Assembly: GCF_050633145.1 (NCBI RefSeq)
Contig: NZ_JBOEFY010000037.1
Coordinates: 7,648 to 71,647 of the forward strand
Direction of reading: 5' to 3'
Length of the DNA: 64,000 nucleotides
DNA from: Kordia sp.
GTDB taxonomy: Bacteria; Bacteroidota; Bacteroidia; Flavobacteriales; Flavobacteriaceae
A program made the translations under genes and the position numbers. The notes under the pieces were generated by a model. The model was not told the origin of the DNA and ran no database searches. It worked only from the letters and a program-made list of their open reading frames with translations. This document shows, one piece after another, positions 9,175 to 17,853 of this stretch; the stretch's first letter is position 1, and each line of letters begins with the position of its first letter.

Positions 9175-10722
9175 GTGAATAAAGAATTAATAATTAGATC
9201 CAATTCCTCTGAAGTTGATTTTGCCTTGCTAAAGGATGGAAAACTTATTGAATTACATAAGGAAGCAGATAATAATGACTTTGCAGTTGGAGACGTATTT
9301 CTTGCTAAAATAAGAAAACCCGTTTCAGGACTTAATGCAGCTTTTGTAAACGTAGGCTACGAAAAAGATGCCTTTTTACATTATCATGATTTAGGACCAC
9401 AACTTCTTTCCTTATTAAAATTTATAAAACGTGTAAGCACAGGTAAATTAAAAGATTATACATTAAAAAACTTTCCGTTTGAAACCAATATTGACAAAAA
9501 TGGTAGCATCATGGATGCTGTAAAAGCCAATCAATCAATATTAGTTCAAATTGTGAAAGAGCCAATTTCAACCAAAGGTCCTAGAATTAGTTCTGAACTT
9601 TCTATTGCTGGTCGATATATTGTACTTGTTCCATTTTCGGAACGTGTTTCCATATCGCAAAAAATAGAAAGCAAGGAAGAAAAGGATCGATTAAAACGTT
9701 TGGTACTCAGTATCAAGCCTAAAGGTTTTGGCGTTATTGTACGTACAGTAGCTGAAGGTAAAAAAGTAGCTGAATTGGACCAAGATTTACAAAATTTGTT
9801 GACCAAATGGTCTACAATGTGTAAAAAATTGTATAAAGCTGAGCATCCTTCGAAAGTATTAAGTGAAATGAACAAAGCCTCTTCTATTTTAAGAGACATA
9901 TTTAATGAGTCATTCACAGGAATTCAAGTCGATGATGAAGATCTTTATTACGAGATTAAAGAATACGTGCAGAAGATTGCACCAAAAAAAGAGTCTATTG
10001 TAAAATTGTACCAATCTAAAGTTCCACCCTTTGAAAAATATGGTGTAGAACGACAAATTAAAACCTCTTTTGGAAAAACAGTTTCCATGAGTAAAGGCGC
10101 TTATTTAGTAATAGAACACACTGAAGCATTACATGTTATTGATGTAAACAGTGGAAACCGTTCTAACAAAGCCAAAACACAAGAGGACACTGCATTAGAA
10201 GTCAACATGATTGCCGCAAAAGAAATTGCTAGGCAACTCCGTTTACGAGATATGGGAGGAATCATCGTAATCGACTTTATCGATATGACCAATGCAGATC
10301 ACCGCAGAACTCTATTTGATCATTTGAAGACAGAAATGAAAGATGATAGAGCGAAACATAAAATATTACCTCCAAGTAAATTTGGTTTGGTACAAATTAC
10401 GCGACAAAGAGTACGACCAGAAGTAAATATTAAGACACGAGAAGTAAATCCGAATGGAAGTGGTAGCGAAGTGGAAGCTCCAATACTTATCGTTGATAAA
10501 ATTACAACTGATCTAGAAAGAATTTTAGCCAATAAAGATGGCTATAACGGAGTTACGTTAAACACGCATCCTTTTATTGCGGCGTATCTCACAAAAGGAT
10601 TTCCATCCATCCGTTTTAAGTGGTATATGAATCATAAAAAATGGGTAAAAATATTACCAAGAGATGCTTACACGTATCTAGAATATCGTTTTAAAGATAA
10701 AAACGATGAAGTTTATAAATAA
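9175..10722 (+). CDS. rng: Ribonuclease E/G family
   Basis: S1 region (GLNAAFVNVG..KDAFLH), IEHTEALHVIDVNSG, LRLRDMGGIIVIDFIDM. Confidence 0.93.
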   Translation: MNKELIIRSNSSEVDFALLKDGKLIELHKEADNNDFAVGDVFLAKIRKPVSGLNAAFVNVGYEKDAFLHYHDLGPQLLSLLKFIKRVSTGKLKDYTLKNFPFETNIDKNGSIMDAVKANQSILVQIVKEPISTKGPRISSELSIAGRYIVLVPFSERVSISQKIESKEEKDRLKRLVLSIKPKGFGVIVRTVAEGKKVAELDQDLQNLLTKWSTMCKKLYKAEHPSKVLSEMNKASSILRDIFNESFTGIQVDDEDLYYEIKEYVQKIAPKKESIVKLYQSKVPPFEKYGVERQIKTSFGKTVSMSKGAYLVIEHTEALHVIDVNSGNRSNKAKTQEDTALEVNMIAAKEIARQLRLRDMGGIIVIDFIDMTNADHRRTLFDHLKTEMKDDRAKHKILPPSKFGLVQITRQRVRPEVNIKTREVNPNGSGSEVEAPILIVDKITTDLERILANKDGYNGVTLNTHPFIAAYLTKGFPSIRFKWYMNHKKWVKILPRDAYTYLEYRFKDKNDEVYK

Positions 10723-10756
10723 CAAAAAGCGACCATCACTGGTCGCTTTTTTTGTT
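10643..10756 (+). repeat. Left direct repeat (att-like): last 80 nt of rng plus terminator
   Basis: 76/80 identical to 15486..15564, with a 44-nt perfect core (10648..10691 = 15491..15534). Confidence 0.85.
10724..10753 (+). terminator. rng intrinsic terminator
   Basis: aaaaagcgacca-tcac-tggtcgcttttttt. Confidence 0.85.
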
Positions 10757-10979
10757 TGTGGTTGTTATTTACCTTTATAACATATTATGAATATATTTTA
10801 ATATCTTATTAGAAATTTTACTTGTAATCTATTATTAATGTAATGAGTTAGATTAGAATTAGAAATTTTGAACCTATACGCAAAGGCTTGGAGGAAAATG
10901 TAGATTGAAAAAAATCTAACCTACCGAAAATCTAGTGAAATCAAGGGTTATAGAAAACGTTACTCAGAATTAAAAGCGA

Positions 10980-12560
10980 ATGCAAAATAATTTTAAATCA
11001 TATCGAATTTGTCAAATAGCCGTTTCCTTATTTACCGAAGTTGGGTTTGACGAAACATCAATGATTGATATTGCAGAAAAAGCTGCAATACCAGAAGTCG
11101 AATTGTATTCCTACTTTGGTCACAAAAACGATATCATTTTATTCTTTTTTCAAAGCATTAATTCAGACTGGCAGATAGCAGTTGATAATATTTCTTCAAA
11201 AAAAATAGCAAATCGATTTGAGGAGGCACTGATGCTAAAGGTTAAACTTATAACACCTTACGTTGGTTTTTTAAATCAAATATTAGGATTGCTAATCCAA
11301 AGTTCAAAAATTGGTGTAAAAGCTTCAAGAACTTCACACATTCGAGCTATCGGAATGCAAACGATGCAATCTATAATAGATGGATCAACCAACGGAAAGA
11401 AAACACAAAAAAAGGTTCCCCAACTTCCATCAATGATGTATTTCGCGCATTGGGCGGTTTTATTCACTCACATGCAAACAGAAGATAACGAAAAGGTTAC
11501 TACCTTAATAAAATTGTTATCCAAATCACTAAAACATTCTAAGAACTTTGCTCTAATTAAAAAGCTATTTCCAGTGTTCGATGAATTAGGGAAAATTACT
11601 GAGGATTTACTTAATGTGAATACTAAGTCGAAGCATACATTAGATAAGGAAATTTTAAAAGTAATCTTCAACAATCGGAAAGCAACCAATCTCGAAAAAC
11701 AATGTGAATTAAACCAATGCCCTACTTGTTTTGAGGTACATGAACATGCTGTGAATTTCTTTACCAGTCAAAACAAACCCATTCATTTTATTCTGCCTGC
11801 ATTCCCAGCGAAGTCACCAAACCGATCAAAAACAATCGGAAAAACACCAGATCTTGGAGAAGAAATAGCATTAAAAACGTTGGCGTCAATGTGTGCCGAG
11901 ATTGAAAGCATTTATGATCCTGGTGCTCAAATAACAATCTGTTCGGATGGTCGAATTTTTTCTGAACTCGTTGGAGTTTCTGACCACGATGTTACGGAAT
12001 ATGTTCAGGCTGTTTCTGATATGATTGCCCAACATGGAATAAAAAACATCAATGTTTTAAATCTCGAAGATTTCTGTGAAGGCGAAGACTTTGAAGAAAT
12101 GAGAAAGAACTTACTGACTGAATACGCTGAAGATATAGAAAATTTAAAATCTAAGATTAAAACTAAGCCAGATGCATTAAGTTTGTTTAATGGGATGCAT
12201 CGATTTATAACAGAAGATCGTCTTGGAATTGACAAAGACAAATCAAAAACGCGCGTAAAAGAAGAATCAAAACTAATCGCAATTAAAGTCATTCAACACA
12301 GCAATGCTTGGACTCGATTCTTGGCGAATGTTTATCCCGAAGCTATTCGGTTGTCTATTCATCCGTATCCTGCACATCACAAAAAAATAGGGATTCAACT
12401 AACGAAAGCTGAAGACAATTGGTTAACTCCTTGGCATGGAGTTATTACATTACAAAAAAATGACTACTTGTTGATGAAAAAAAGCAAAGCCGAAGAAATT
12501 GGAGCAACGCTAATTTACAATAATGATATTCCGTATTATTATTCCCTAAACGAAGACTAA
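10980..12560 (+). CDS. TetR-family regulator fused to PvcA/IsnA-type isocyanide synthase
   Basis: N-term A..LF..VGFDETSMIDIA..A.....LYSYF..K HTH; C-term ILPAFPAKSPN, PDLGE, ICSDGRIF, SNAW, IRLSIHP, WLTPWHG motifs. Confidence 0.88.
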   Translation: MQNNFKSYRICQIAVSLFTEVGFDETSMIDIAEKAAIPEVELYSYFGHKNDIILFFFQSINSDWQIAVDNISSKKIANRFEEALMLKVKLITPYVGFLNQILGLLIQSSKIGVKASRTSHIRAIGMQTMQSIIDGSTNGKKTQKKVPQLPSMMYFAHWAVLFTHMQTEDNEKVTTLIKLLSKSLKHSKNFALIKKLFPVFDELGKITEDLLNVNTKSKHTLDKEILKVIFNNRKATNLEKQCELNQCPTCFEVHEHAVNFFTSQNKPIHFILPAFPAKSPNRSKTIGKTPDLGEEIALKTLASMCAEIESIYDPGAQITICSDGRIFSELVGVSDHDVTEYVQAVSDMIAQHGIKNINVLNLEDFCEGEDFEEMRKNLLTEYAEDIENLKSKIKTKPDALSLFNGMHRFITEDRLGIDKDKSKTRVKEESKLIAIKVIQHSNAWTRFLANVYPEAIRLSIHPYPAHHKKIGIQLTKAEDNWLTPWHGVITLQKNDYLLMKKSKAEEIGATLIYNNDIPYYYSLNED

Positions 12561-14299
12561 TGGAGTATTCAATTGAAAAAATCGTTCCATTTGGTGTGCT
12601 TATCACCAATACCAAAAACACAGGTTCTATTGAACAATTTGACAAAGAACAACTTTACCGTTGGATTTCCGAATACAAGGTAGTTCTCTTTCGTGGCTAC
12701 ACACAACTACCCAAACAAAAATTGGCTTTATTTGGACAACGATTGGGAAAACCATTGCAATGGCCATTCGGATCGATTAACGAGTTAAAATTTAAACCAG
12801 ATACTAAGAATTATATTTTCACAAATCACAAGGTTCCTGTTCATTGGGATGGTGCATTTAGAGGTACCATTCCGCATATTATACTTTTTCAATGCATCAC
12901 AGCTCCAAAAAAGGAAGATTTTGGAGGAACAACATTTGTAAATACAGAAAAGATATTAGCGAATGCTAGTCAGGCGCAACTCGACGAATGGGAAAAGATT
13001 TCGATAACTTATACCACTGAAAAATTGGCGCATTATGGAGGTGAAATCACGCAGAAATTCATTGCCAAACATGAGGTTGAAGGTCAAAAGGTAATCAGGT
13101 ATGCAGAAGTTGTTGATGACATTAACCCTGTGCAATTGTCTGTTCATGGCCTTGATACTAAAACGTTCGATACATTTGAATCTGAGATTGAACACCTTTT
13201 GTATAGTCCTGAAAACTTATACACGCACAGATGGGAAGATGGAGATCTCGTTTTAGCTGATAATCATGCTCTTTTGCACGGACGAGAAGCTTATAAAAAG
13301 CAGAACGAACGTCATATTCAGCGAATCAACATCTTACACAGACCAAAAAATTCATTAAAAAGAATCATAGAAAACAGCCTAACAATAAGAAGAAAAGAAT
13401 TCTTTGTTGCGGAACTCCCTATATTTATTATTCCTTTATTATTGAGTATTACAGCTTGGAATGACTTCCTTAAACCCAGTTTATATTTAGGAATGATTGC
13501 CATATTTATGTTATTCAATATTGGTGATATGATTAATTGTTATGCTGATTACAAATTAGACTCAATCTACAAGAGCCATCTATCGAATGCAGTATATGAG
13601 CTTGGAAAAAAAAATGTGAAATGGCAAATTATTGTATCTGGAATAGTAGCGTTGGTGCTCACAACTATAATCGCGATTTCTACAAACCAATTGTATTTAA
13701 TACCCTTTACACTTTTTGGAACTTTTATGGGGCTTCAATATTCGATCAAACCATTTAAATTTAAATCCAGCGGAATGTTCCAGTTCTTCTGTCTTTGGGC
13801 AATTATTTTTTCTGGTCCAATGGTATATATTGCGATTATTACATCTGGACTTCCTAGTCTGGTTTACTTTCTAATATTTACCTTTTATGGTTTTCATCAA
13901 ATGGGGATTATTTTATTAAATACTGCAGAAGATTATCCAGAAGATTTGAGCGATAACCTCAATACAGTTATCGTCAGATTAGGTCTGCATCGATCTATGA
14001 AAATCGCTTTTAATATTGTTTTGTTCTCTGGAATTATTCTTAAAGCTTGTATGATTTATTTATTCTACGAACTCTCTGTGCCAATTTACATATATGTATC
14101 TATTCTGATTTTTAGTGTTGGATGGTTAAAAATCGTCACAGAATATAAAACTATTGTCACTAAGTTAACTACGCTTTCTGTGGATGATGCCGTTAAGGAA
14201 ATTAAGAAAAATGGTATGAAAGTTCCTGAATGGCTCAAATTAGGAGCCTATACATTTCTAGTTCCAATTATCACTTATTTTTTATGGAAAATACTCTAG
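12560..14299 (+). CDS. PvcB/IsnB-like Fe(II)/2OG dioxygenase (TauD fold) fused to UbiA-family prenyltransferase
   Basis: VVLFRG, HWD (HxD), GGTTF, HRWEDGDLVLADNHALLHGR..RHIQR; then multi-TM domain with NIGDMINCYADYKLD and NTAEDYPEDLSD Asp-rich motifs. Confidence 0.85.
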   Translation: MEYSIEKIVPFGVLITNTKNTGSIEQFDKEQLYRWISEYKVVLFRGYTQLPKQKLALFGQRLGKPLQWPFGSINELKFKPDTKNYIFTNHKVPVHWDGAFRGTIPHIILFQCITAPKKEDFGGTTFVNTEKILANASQAQLDEWEKISITYTTEKLAHYGGEITQKFIAKHEVEGQKVIRYAEVVDDINPVQLSVHGLDTKTFDTFESEIEHLLYSPENLYTHRWEDGDLVLADNHALLHGREAYKKQNERHIQRINILHRPKNSLKRIIENSLTIRRKEFFVAELPIFIIPLLLSITAWNDFLKPSLYLGMIAIFMLFNIGDMINCYADYKLDSIYKSHLSNAVYELGKKNVKWQIIVSGIVALVLTTIIAISTNQLYLIPFTLFGTFMGLQYSIKPFKFKSSGMFQFFCLWAIIFSGPMVYIAIITSGLPSLVYFLIFTFYGFHQMGIILLNTAEDYPEDLSDNLNTVIVRLGLHRSMKIAFNIVLFSGIILKACMIYLFYELSVPIYIYVSILIFSVGWLKIVTEYKTIVTKLTTLSVDDAVKEIKKNGMKVPEWLKLGAYTFLVPIITYFLWKIL

Positions 14300-15420
14300 A
14301 CACATATGATTGCATAATTATTGGTGGAGGTATCGCAGGCTTATCGCTATCAATACAACTATCTATAAAACAGCGAAATGTGTTATTAATTGAGAAAGGA
14401 AATTATCCGTCTCATAAAGTTTGTGGAGAATATATTTCGAATGAAAGTATTTCTTTTTTAAATGGATTGGGTTTAGAGGAAGTCCTTGCTGATTCTCCTA
14501 AAATAGATCGTTTATTCTTAAGTTCTCCATCCGGAATTAGCGTACGAAGAAAATTGGATATTGGCGGAATAGGAATATCTAGATATAAGCTAGATTATGA
14601 ACTTTATCTACAAGCGAAAAAAACCGGAGTGGATATCAAGACCGATACAAAAGTGACTAATATAACACGAGAAGGACATGGTGCATATAGTGTTGAAACA
14701 TCAAAGCAATCTTATCAGACATCGATTGTGATTGGCGCATTCGGAAAAAACTCTTCTATTGATAAGGTTCTTGGTCTTAATTATAAAGCGAAAAACAAGA
14801 AAAACCTATATGTTGCGGTCAAATATCATATCAAAGCAGATTTTGATACGTCTGTAGTAGAAATGCATAATTTCGAAGGAGGTTATTGTGGAATTTCATC
14901 TATTGAAGACGACAAGATTAATTTGAGTTACATAACTAAGGCTTCAGCGATTAAAAAATTTGGAAGTATTGAAAAAATGGAAAAGCATGTTTTATCAAAA
15001 AACCCACATCTAAGAAAATATTTTGAAGATGCAACGTTTCTTTTTAAATCTCCTTTAACCATATCGCATCTACATTTTGGCACAAAAAAAACAGTTGTAA
15101 ACGATATTATTATGATTGGCGATTCTGCTGGAAATATTGCACCACTTAGCGGGAACGGAATGAGTATAGCTTTGAAAAGTTCGCAGTTAGCTTTCAATGA
15201 AATTGAGCGCTATTTTAATTCTAAAATCTCGTATAAAAAAATGACTGATTCATATAATGAGCAGTATAACATTTTTTTTAAGAACAGAATCAGTCATGCT
15301 AAGTTTATTAATTTATTTTTCTTAAGCCCTTTCTTTTCGAATATAGCTTTCGCGTTCTTGAAAATTTTCCCAAAGCCTATTGATTGGATGAGCAAAAAAA
15401 TACGAGGAGATCATTTTTAA
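14284..15420 (+). CDS. FAD-dependent oxidoreductase (geranylgeranyl reductase / flavin monooxygenase-like)
   Basis: IIGGGIAG, HKVCGEYIS, IGDSAGNIAPLSGNGM; start moved to MENTLD (14284), overlapping the upstream gene's stop. Confidence 0.82.
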   Translation: MENTLDTYDCIIIGGGIAGLSLSIQLSIKQRNVLLIEKGNYPSHKVCGEYISNESISFLNGLGLEEVLADSPKIDRLFLSSPSGISVRRKLDIGGIGISRYKLDYELYLQAKKTGVDIKTDTKVTNITREGHGAYSVETSKQSYQTSIVIGAFGKNSSIDKVLGLNYKAKNKKNLYVAVKYHIKADFDTSVVEMHNFEGGYCGISSIEDDKINLSYITKASAIKKFGSIEKMEKHVLSKNPHLRKYFEDATFLFKSPLTISHLHFGTKKTVVNDIIMIGDSAGNIAPLSGNGMSIALKSSQLAFNEIERYFNSKISYKKMTDSYNEQYNIFFKNRISHAKFINLFFLSPFFSNIAFAFLKIFPKPIDWMSKKIRGDHF

Positions 15421-15485
15421 TTGTAATTATAATCTGCTGCTATTTTTACTACTATTATTAAAATAACATATCCCATTCAAGAAAC

Positions 15486-15597
15486 GGGTTAAAATATTAC
15501 CAAGAGATGCTTACACGTATCTAGAATATCGTTTAAAGATAAAGACGATAAAGTTTATAAATAATAAAAGCGACCAGTGATGGTCGATTTTTTTGTT
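15486..15597 (+). repeat. Right direct repeat: degenerate copy of rng 3' end plus terminator
   Basis: Three substitutions and a 1-nt deletion relative to the rng end; terminator loop gtga instead of tcac. Confidence 0.85.
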
Positions 15598-15707
15598 CCT
15601 AACGTGAATTTCAAACTCGTATTAACTTTTCTGTTTCTATTTTTTCACCACGAATTCACGAATATTTTTCGGTTTGTTTCAAAGCAAAATTATTACTACT
15701 TAGAAAC

Positions 15708-15739
15708 AGATCACTTCGTCATGCTTCCTCGTAATGACG
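15708..15739 (-). repeat. CGTC-tagged REP-like element
   Basis: Minus strand reads cgtcattacgaggaagcatgacgaagtgatct. Confidence 0.55.
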
Positions 15740-15791
15740 TTTCAAAAAATCTCAATTCTCATATCTCAATACTAACAGCTATCTTTACACC

Positions 15792-16481
15792 ATGAAACAA
15801 CAAAACCTACTATTACTACACGGCGCTTTAGGAAGTGAAGCCCAACTCAAACCATTACAAGAACTCTTATCTAACGACTTTAATGTACATACTGTAAACT
15901 TTGAAGGTCACGGCGGACGCACTTCAGATGATGAATTTGATATGGAACGATTTGCCGAAAATGTTGTTGAGGAGCTTCAAACACTAGGAATTTCCCAAAC
16001 ACATATTTTTGGGTATAGCATGGGCGGTTATGTTGCGTTAACTCTTGCTAAGAAATATCCAGAAATGGTAGAAAGCATTGTAACGCTTGGCACAAAGTTT
16101 AATTGGAATTTAGAAAGCGCACAAAAAGAAGTCAAAATGTTGAATCCAGAGAAAATTGAAGAAAAAGTGCCTGCGTTTGCAAAACGTCTTCATGAATTGC
16201 ATCAACCAAATGACTGGAAAAAAGTGATGCAAAAAACAGCCGAAATGATGCTATCCTTAGCGAATGGCAAAAGATTAACTGATTCAGATTTACAACACAT
16301 TCAACATAAAGTACTGATCGGAATTGGATCTCTAGACACTATGGTTACGATTGAAGAATCTGAAAATGCAGCAGCTCAATTACCAAACGGAATTATACAA
16401 ATTATTGAAGCTGTAAAACATCCGATTGAAAAAGTAGATACAAATGTGTTGACAACTGTTATTCGAAAATTTATTGCTTAA
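15792..16481 (+). CDS. Alpha/beta hydrolase
   Basis: LLLHGALG, GHGG, GYSMGG nucleophile elbow. Confidence 0.88.
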   Translation: MKQQNLLLLHGALGSEAQLKPLQELLSNDFNVHTVNFEGHGGRTSDDEFDMERFAENVVEELQTLGISQTHIFGYSMGGYVALTLAKKYPEMVESIVTLGTKFNWNLESAQKEVKMLNPEKIEEKVPAFAKRLHELHQPNDWKKVMQKTAEMMLSLANGKRLTDSDLQHIQHKVLIGIGSLDTMVTIEESENAAAQLPNGIIQIIEAVKHPIEKVDTNVLTTVIRKFIA

Positions 16482-16490
16482 TTCTAACCT

Positions 16491-17060
16491 GTGAAATCAC
16501 AATTATTTACATATTTAAATCGTTACGTATCTTTTGAATCTGAAGAAATTGACTTGATATTCAATTCACTTTCACAAAAAACATTTCACAAAAAAGAATT
16601 CTTATTAGCCCAATATCAGGTTTGTAAACATCGCTTTTTTATTCTTGAAGGTTTGGTTCGTTACTATAAAACCGACAGCGATGGCAATGAAAATATAAGT
16701 CTCTTCGGAATTGAAAATTGGTGGATTACAAATTTAGATAGTTTTATAAACGAAGTTCCTTCACACAATGCAATTCAGGCAGTTGAGAACACAACTGTGT
16801 TATATATTTCAAAGAGCGATCTAGAGTTGTTGTATGAAAAAGTTCCAAAACTCGAACGCGCGTTTCGAATCATCACAGAAAAAACACTGATTGCTATTCA
16901 ACGAAAAGATGAGATTTACATGAAACAAAATAGCAAAGAACGTTATTACAGTCTTGTAGATACGATTCCAAATTTTGCCCAACGCGTTCCGCAATATATG
17001 ATTGCTTCCTATTTAGATATTACGCCCGAATATTTAAGTGAAATCCGAAAAAACAGGTAA
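16491..17060 (+). CDS. Crp/Fnr family transcriptional regulator
   Basis: cNMP-binding fold (FILEGLVR), C-terminal VPQYMIASYLDITPEYLSEIR HTH. Confidence 0.9.
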   Translation: MKSQLFTYLNRYVSFESEEIDLIFNSLSQKTFHKKEFLLAQYQVCKHRFFILEGLVRYYKTDSDGNENISLFGIENWWITNLDSFINEVPSHNAIQAVENTTVLYISKSDLELLYEKVPKLERAFRIITEKTLIAIQRKDEIYMKQNSKERYYSLVDTIPNFAQRVPQYMIASYLDITPEYLSEIRKNR

Positions 17061-17140
17061 ATTCATGACTTTCTTAAGATACCTTAAGAAGTTTCAAGCG
17101 TGTTCCAAGGTAGTTTTGTAGAAACTATAAATCATACAAC

Positions 17141-17590
17141 ATGGAACGAATTTCATACGGAGATATTCCCAAAGGAATGTTTGAACATTTACAAAAGATA
17201 GAAGTATATATTAAAGAATCTTCTATAGACAATCAGCTTTTAGAACTTATTAAATTACGTGTTTCACAAAAAAATGGTTGTGCCTATTGCGTAGATATGC
17301 ATCACAAAGAATTAAAGAAAACTGGAGAAACAGAATTGCGACTTTCTTCTTTGTGTGTTTGGGAAGAAACACCTTATTTTTCTGAAAAAGAACGCACAGT
17401 ATTAACTTTTGCTGATACGCTAACAAAACTACAACGAACTCCTATTCCGGATGCAGTATACAATTCGTTATTACAGTTTTTTGATAAGAAAGAGATTTGC
17501 ATACTTACACTCGCCATCACACAAATAAATACTTGGAATCGATTGATGAAAACATTTTTATTTACGCCAGGGAATTATGTAGCAACTTAA
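17141..17590 (+). CDS. Carboxymuconolactone decarboxylase/AhpD-like protein
   Basis: ELIKLRVSQKNGCAYCVDMH, FSEKER, INTWNR. Confidence 0.9.
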   Translation: MERISYGDIPKGMFEHLQKIEVYIKESSIDNQLLELIKLRVSQKNGCAYCVDMHHKELKKTGETELRLSSLCVWEETPYFSEKERTVLTFADTLTKLQRTPIPDAVYNSLLQFFDKKEICILTLAITQINTWNRLMKTFLFTPGNYVAT

Positions 17591-17596
17591 TAGAAG

Positions 17597-17622
17597 AACG
17601 ACCAAATTTGGTCGTTTTTTTT
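17597..17622 (+). terminator. Intrinsic terminator
   Basis: aacgacca-aatt-tggtcgtttttttt. Confidence 0.8.
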
Positions 17623-17853
17623 AGTAGTATTGATGAATAAACTTTTTATCAAGTTGAATATGACGAAATCAGGAATACATATCACAGATTCCGAATTAAT
17701 TTTTACCGCTTTTCCTTCTAAGGGAATTGGACTAGCAAACATATTATATAAAAGTCTACTCACTAATAGAAAGCCATCGTTTACTCATTAGCATTTTTCT
17801 AAAGAATTAAATTGAGCTATTTTTAAGCATAAAAGTTACCAAAACCAATACTC

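Larger units (their letters stand above)
10757..15485. mobile_element. Genomic island inserted at rng 3' end (isocyanide biosynthesis cargo; no integrase)
   Basis: Flanked by direct repeats 4843 bp apart; contains a three-gene operon only. Confidence 0.7.

Noticed and set aside
10757-15485. Active integrative element or prophage
   Set aside because: No integrase, transposase, relaxase or phage gene between or beside the repeats; reported only as an island
15577-15795. 72-aa ORF from the track
   Set aside because: Built from the degenerate terminator and REP-like sequence; no protein features
17660-17791. 43-aa ORF MTKSGIHITDSELIF...
   Set aside because: No GG leader, no motif and no supporting context; possibly a remnant but unsupported
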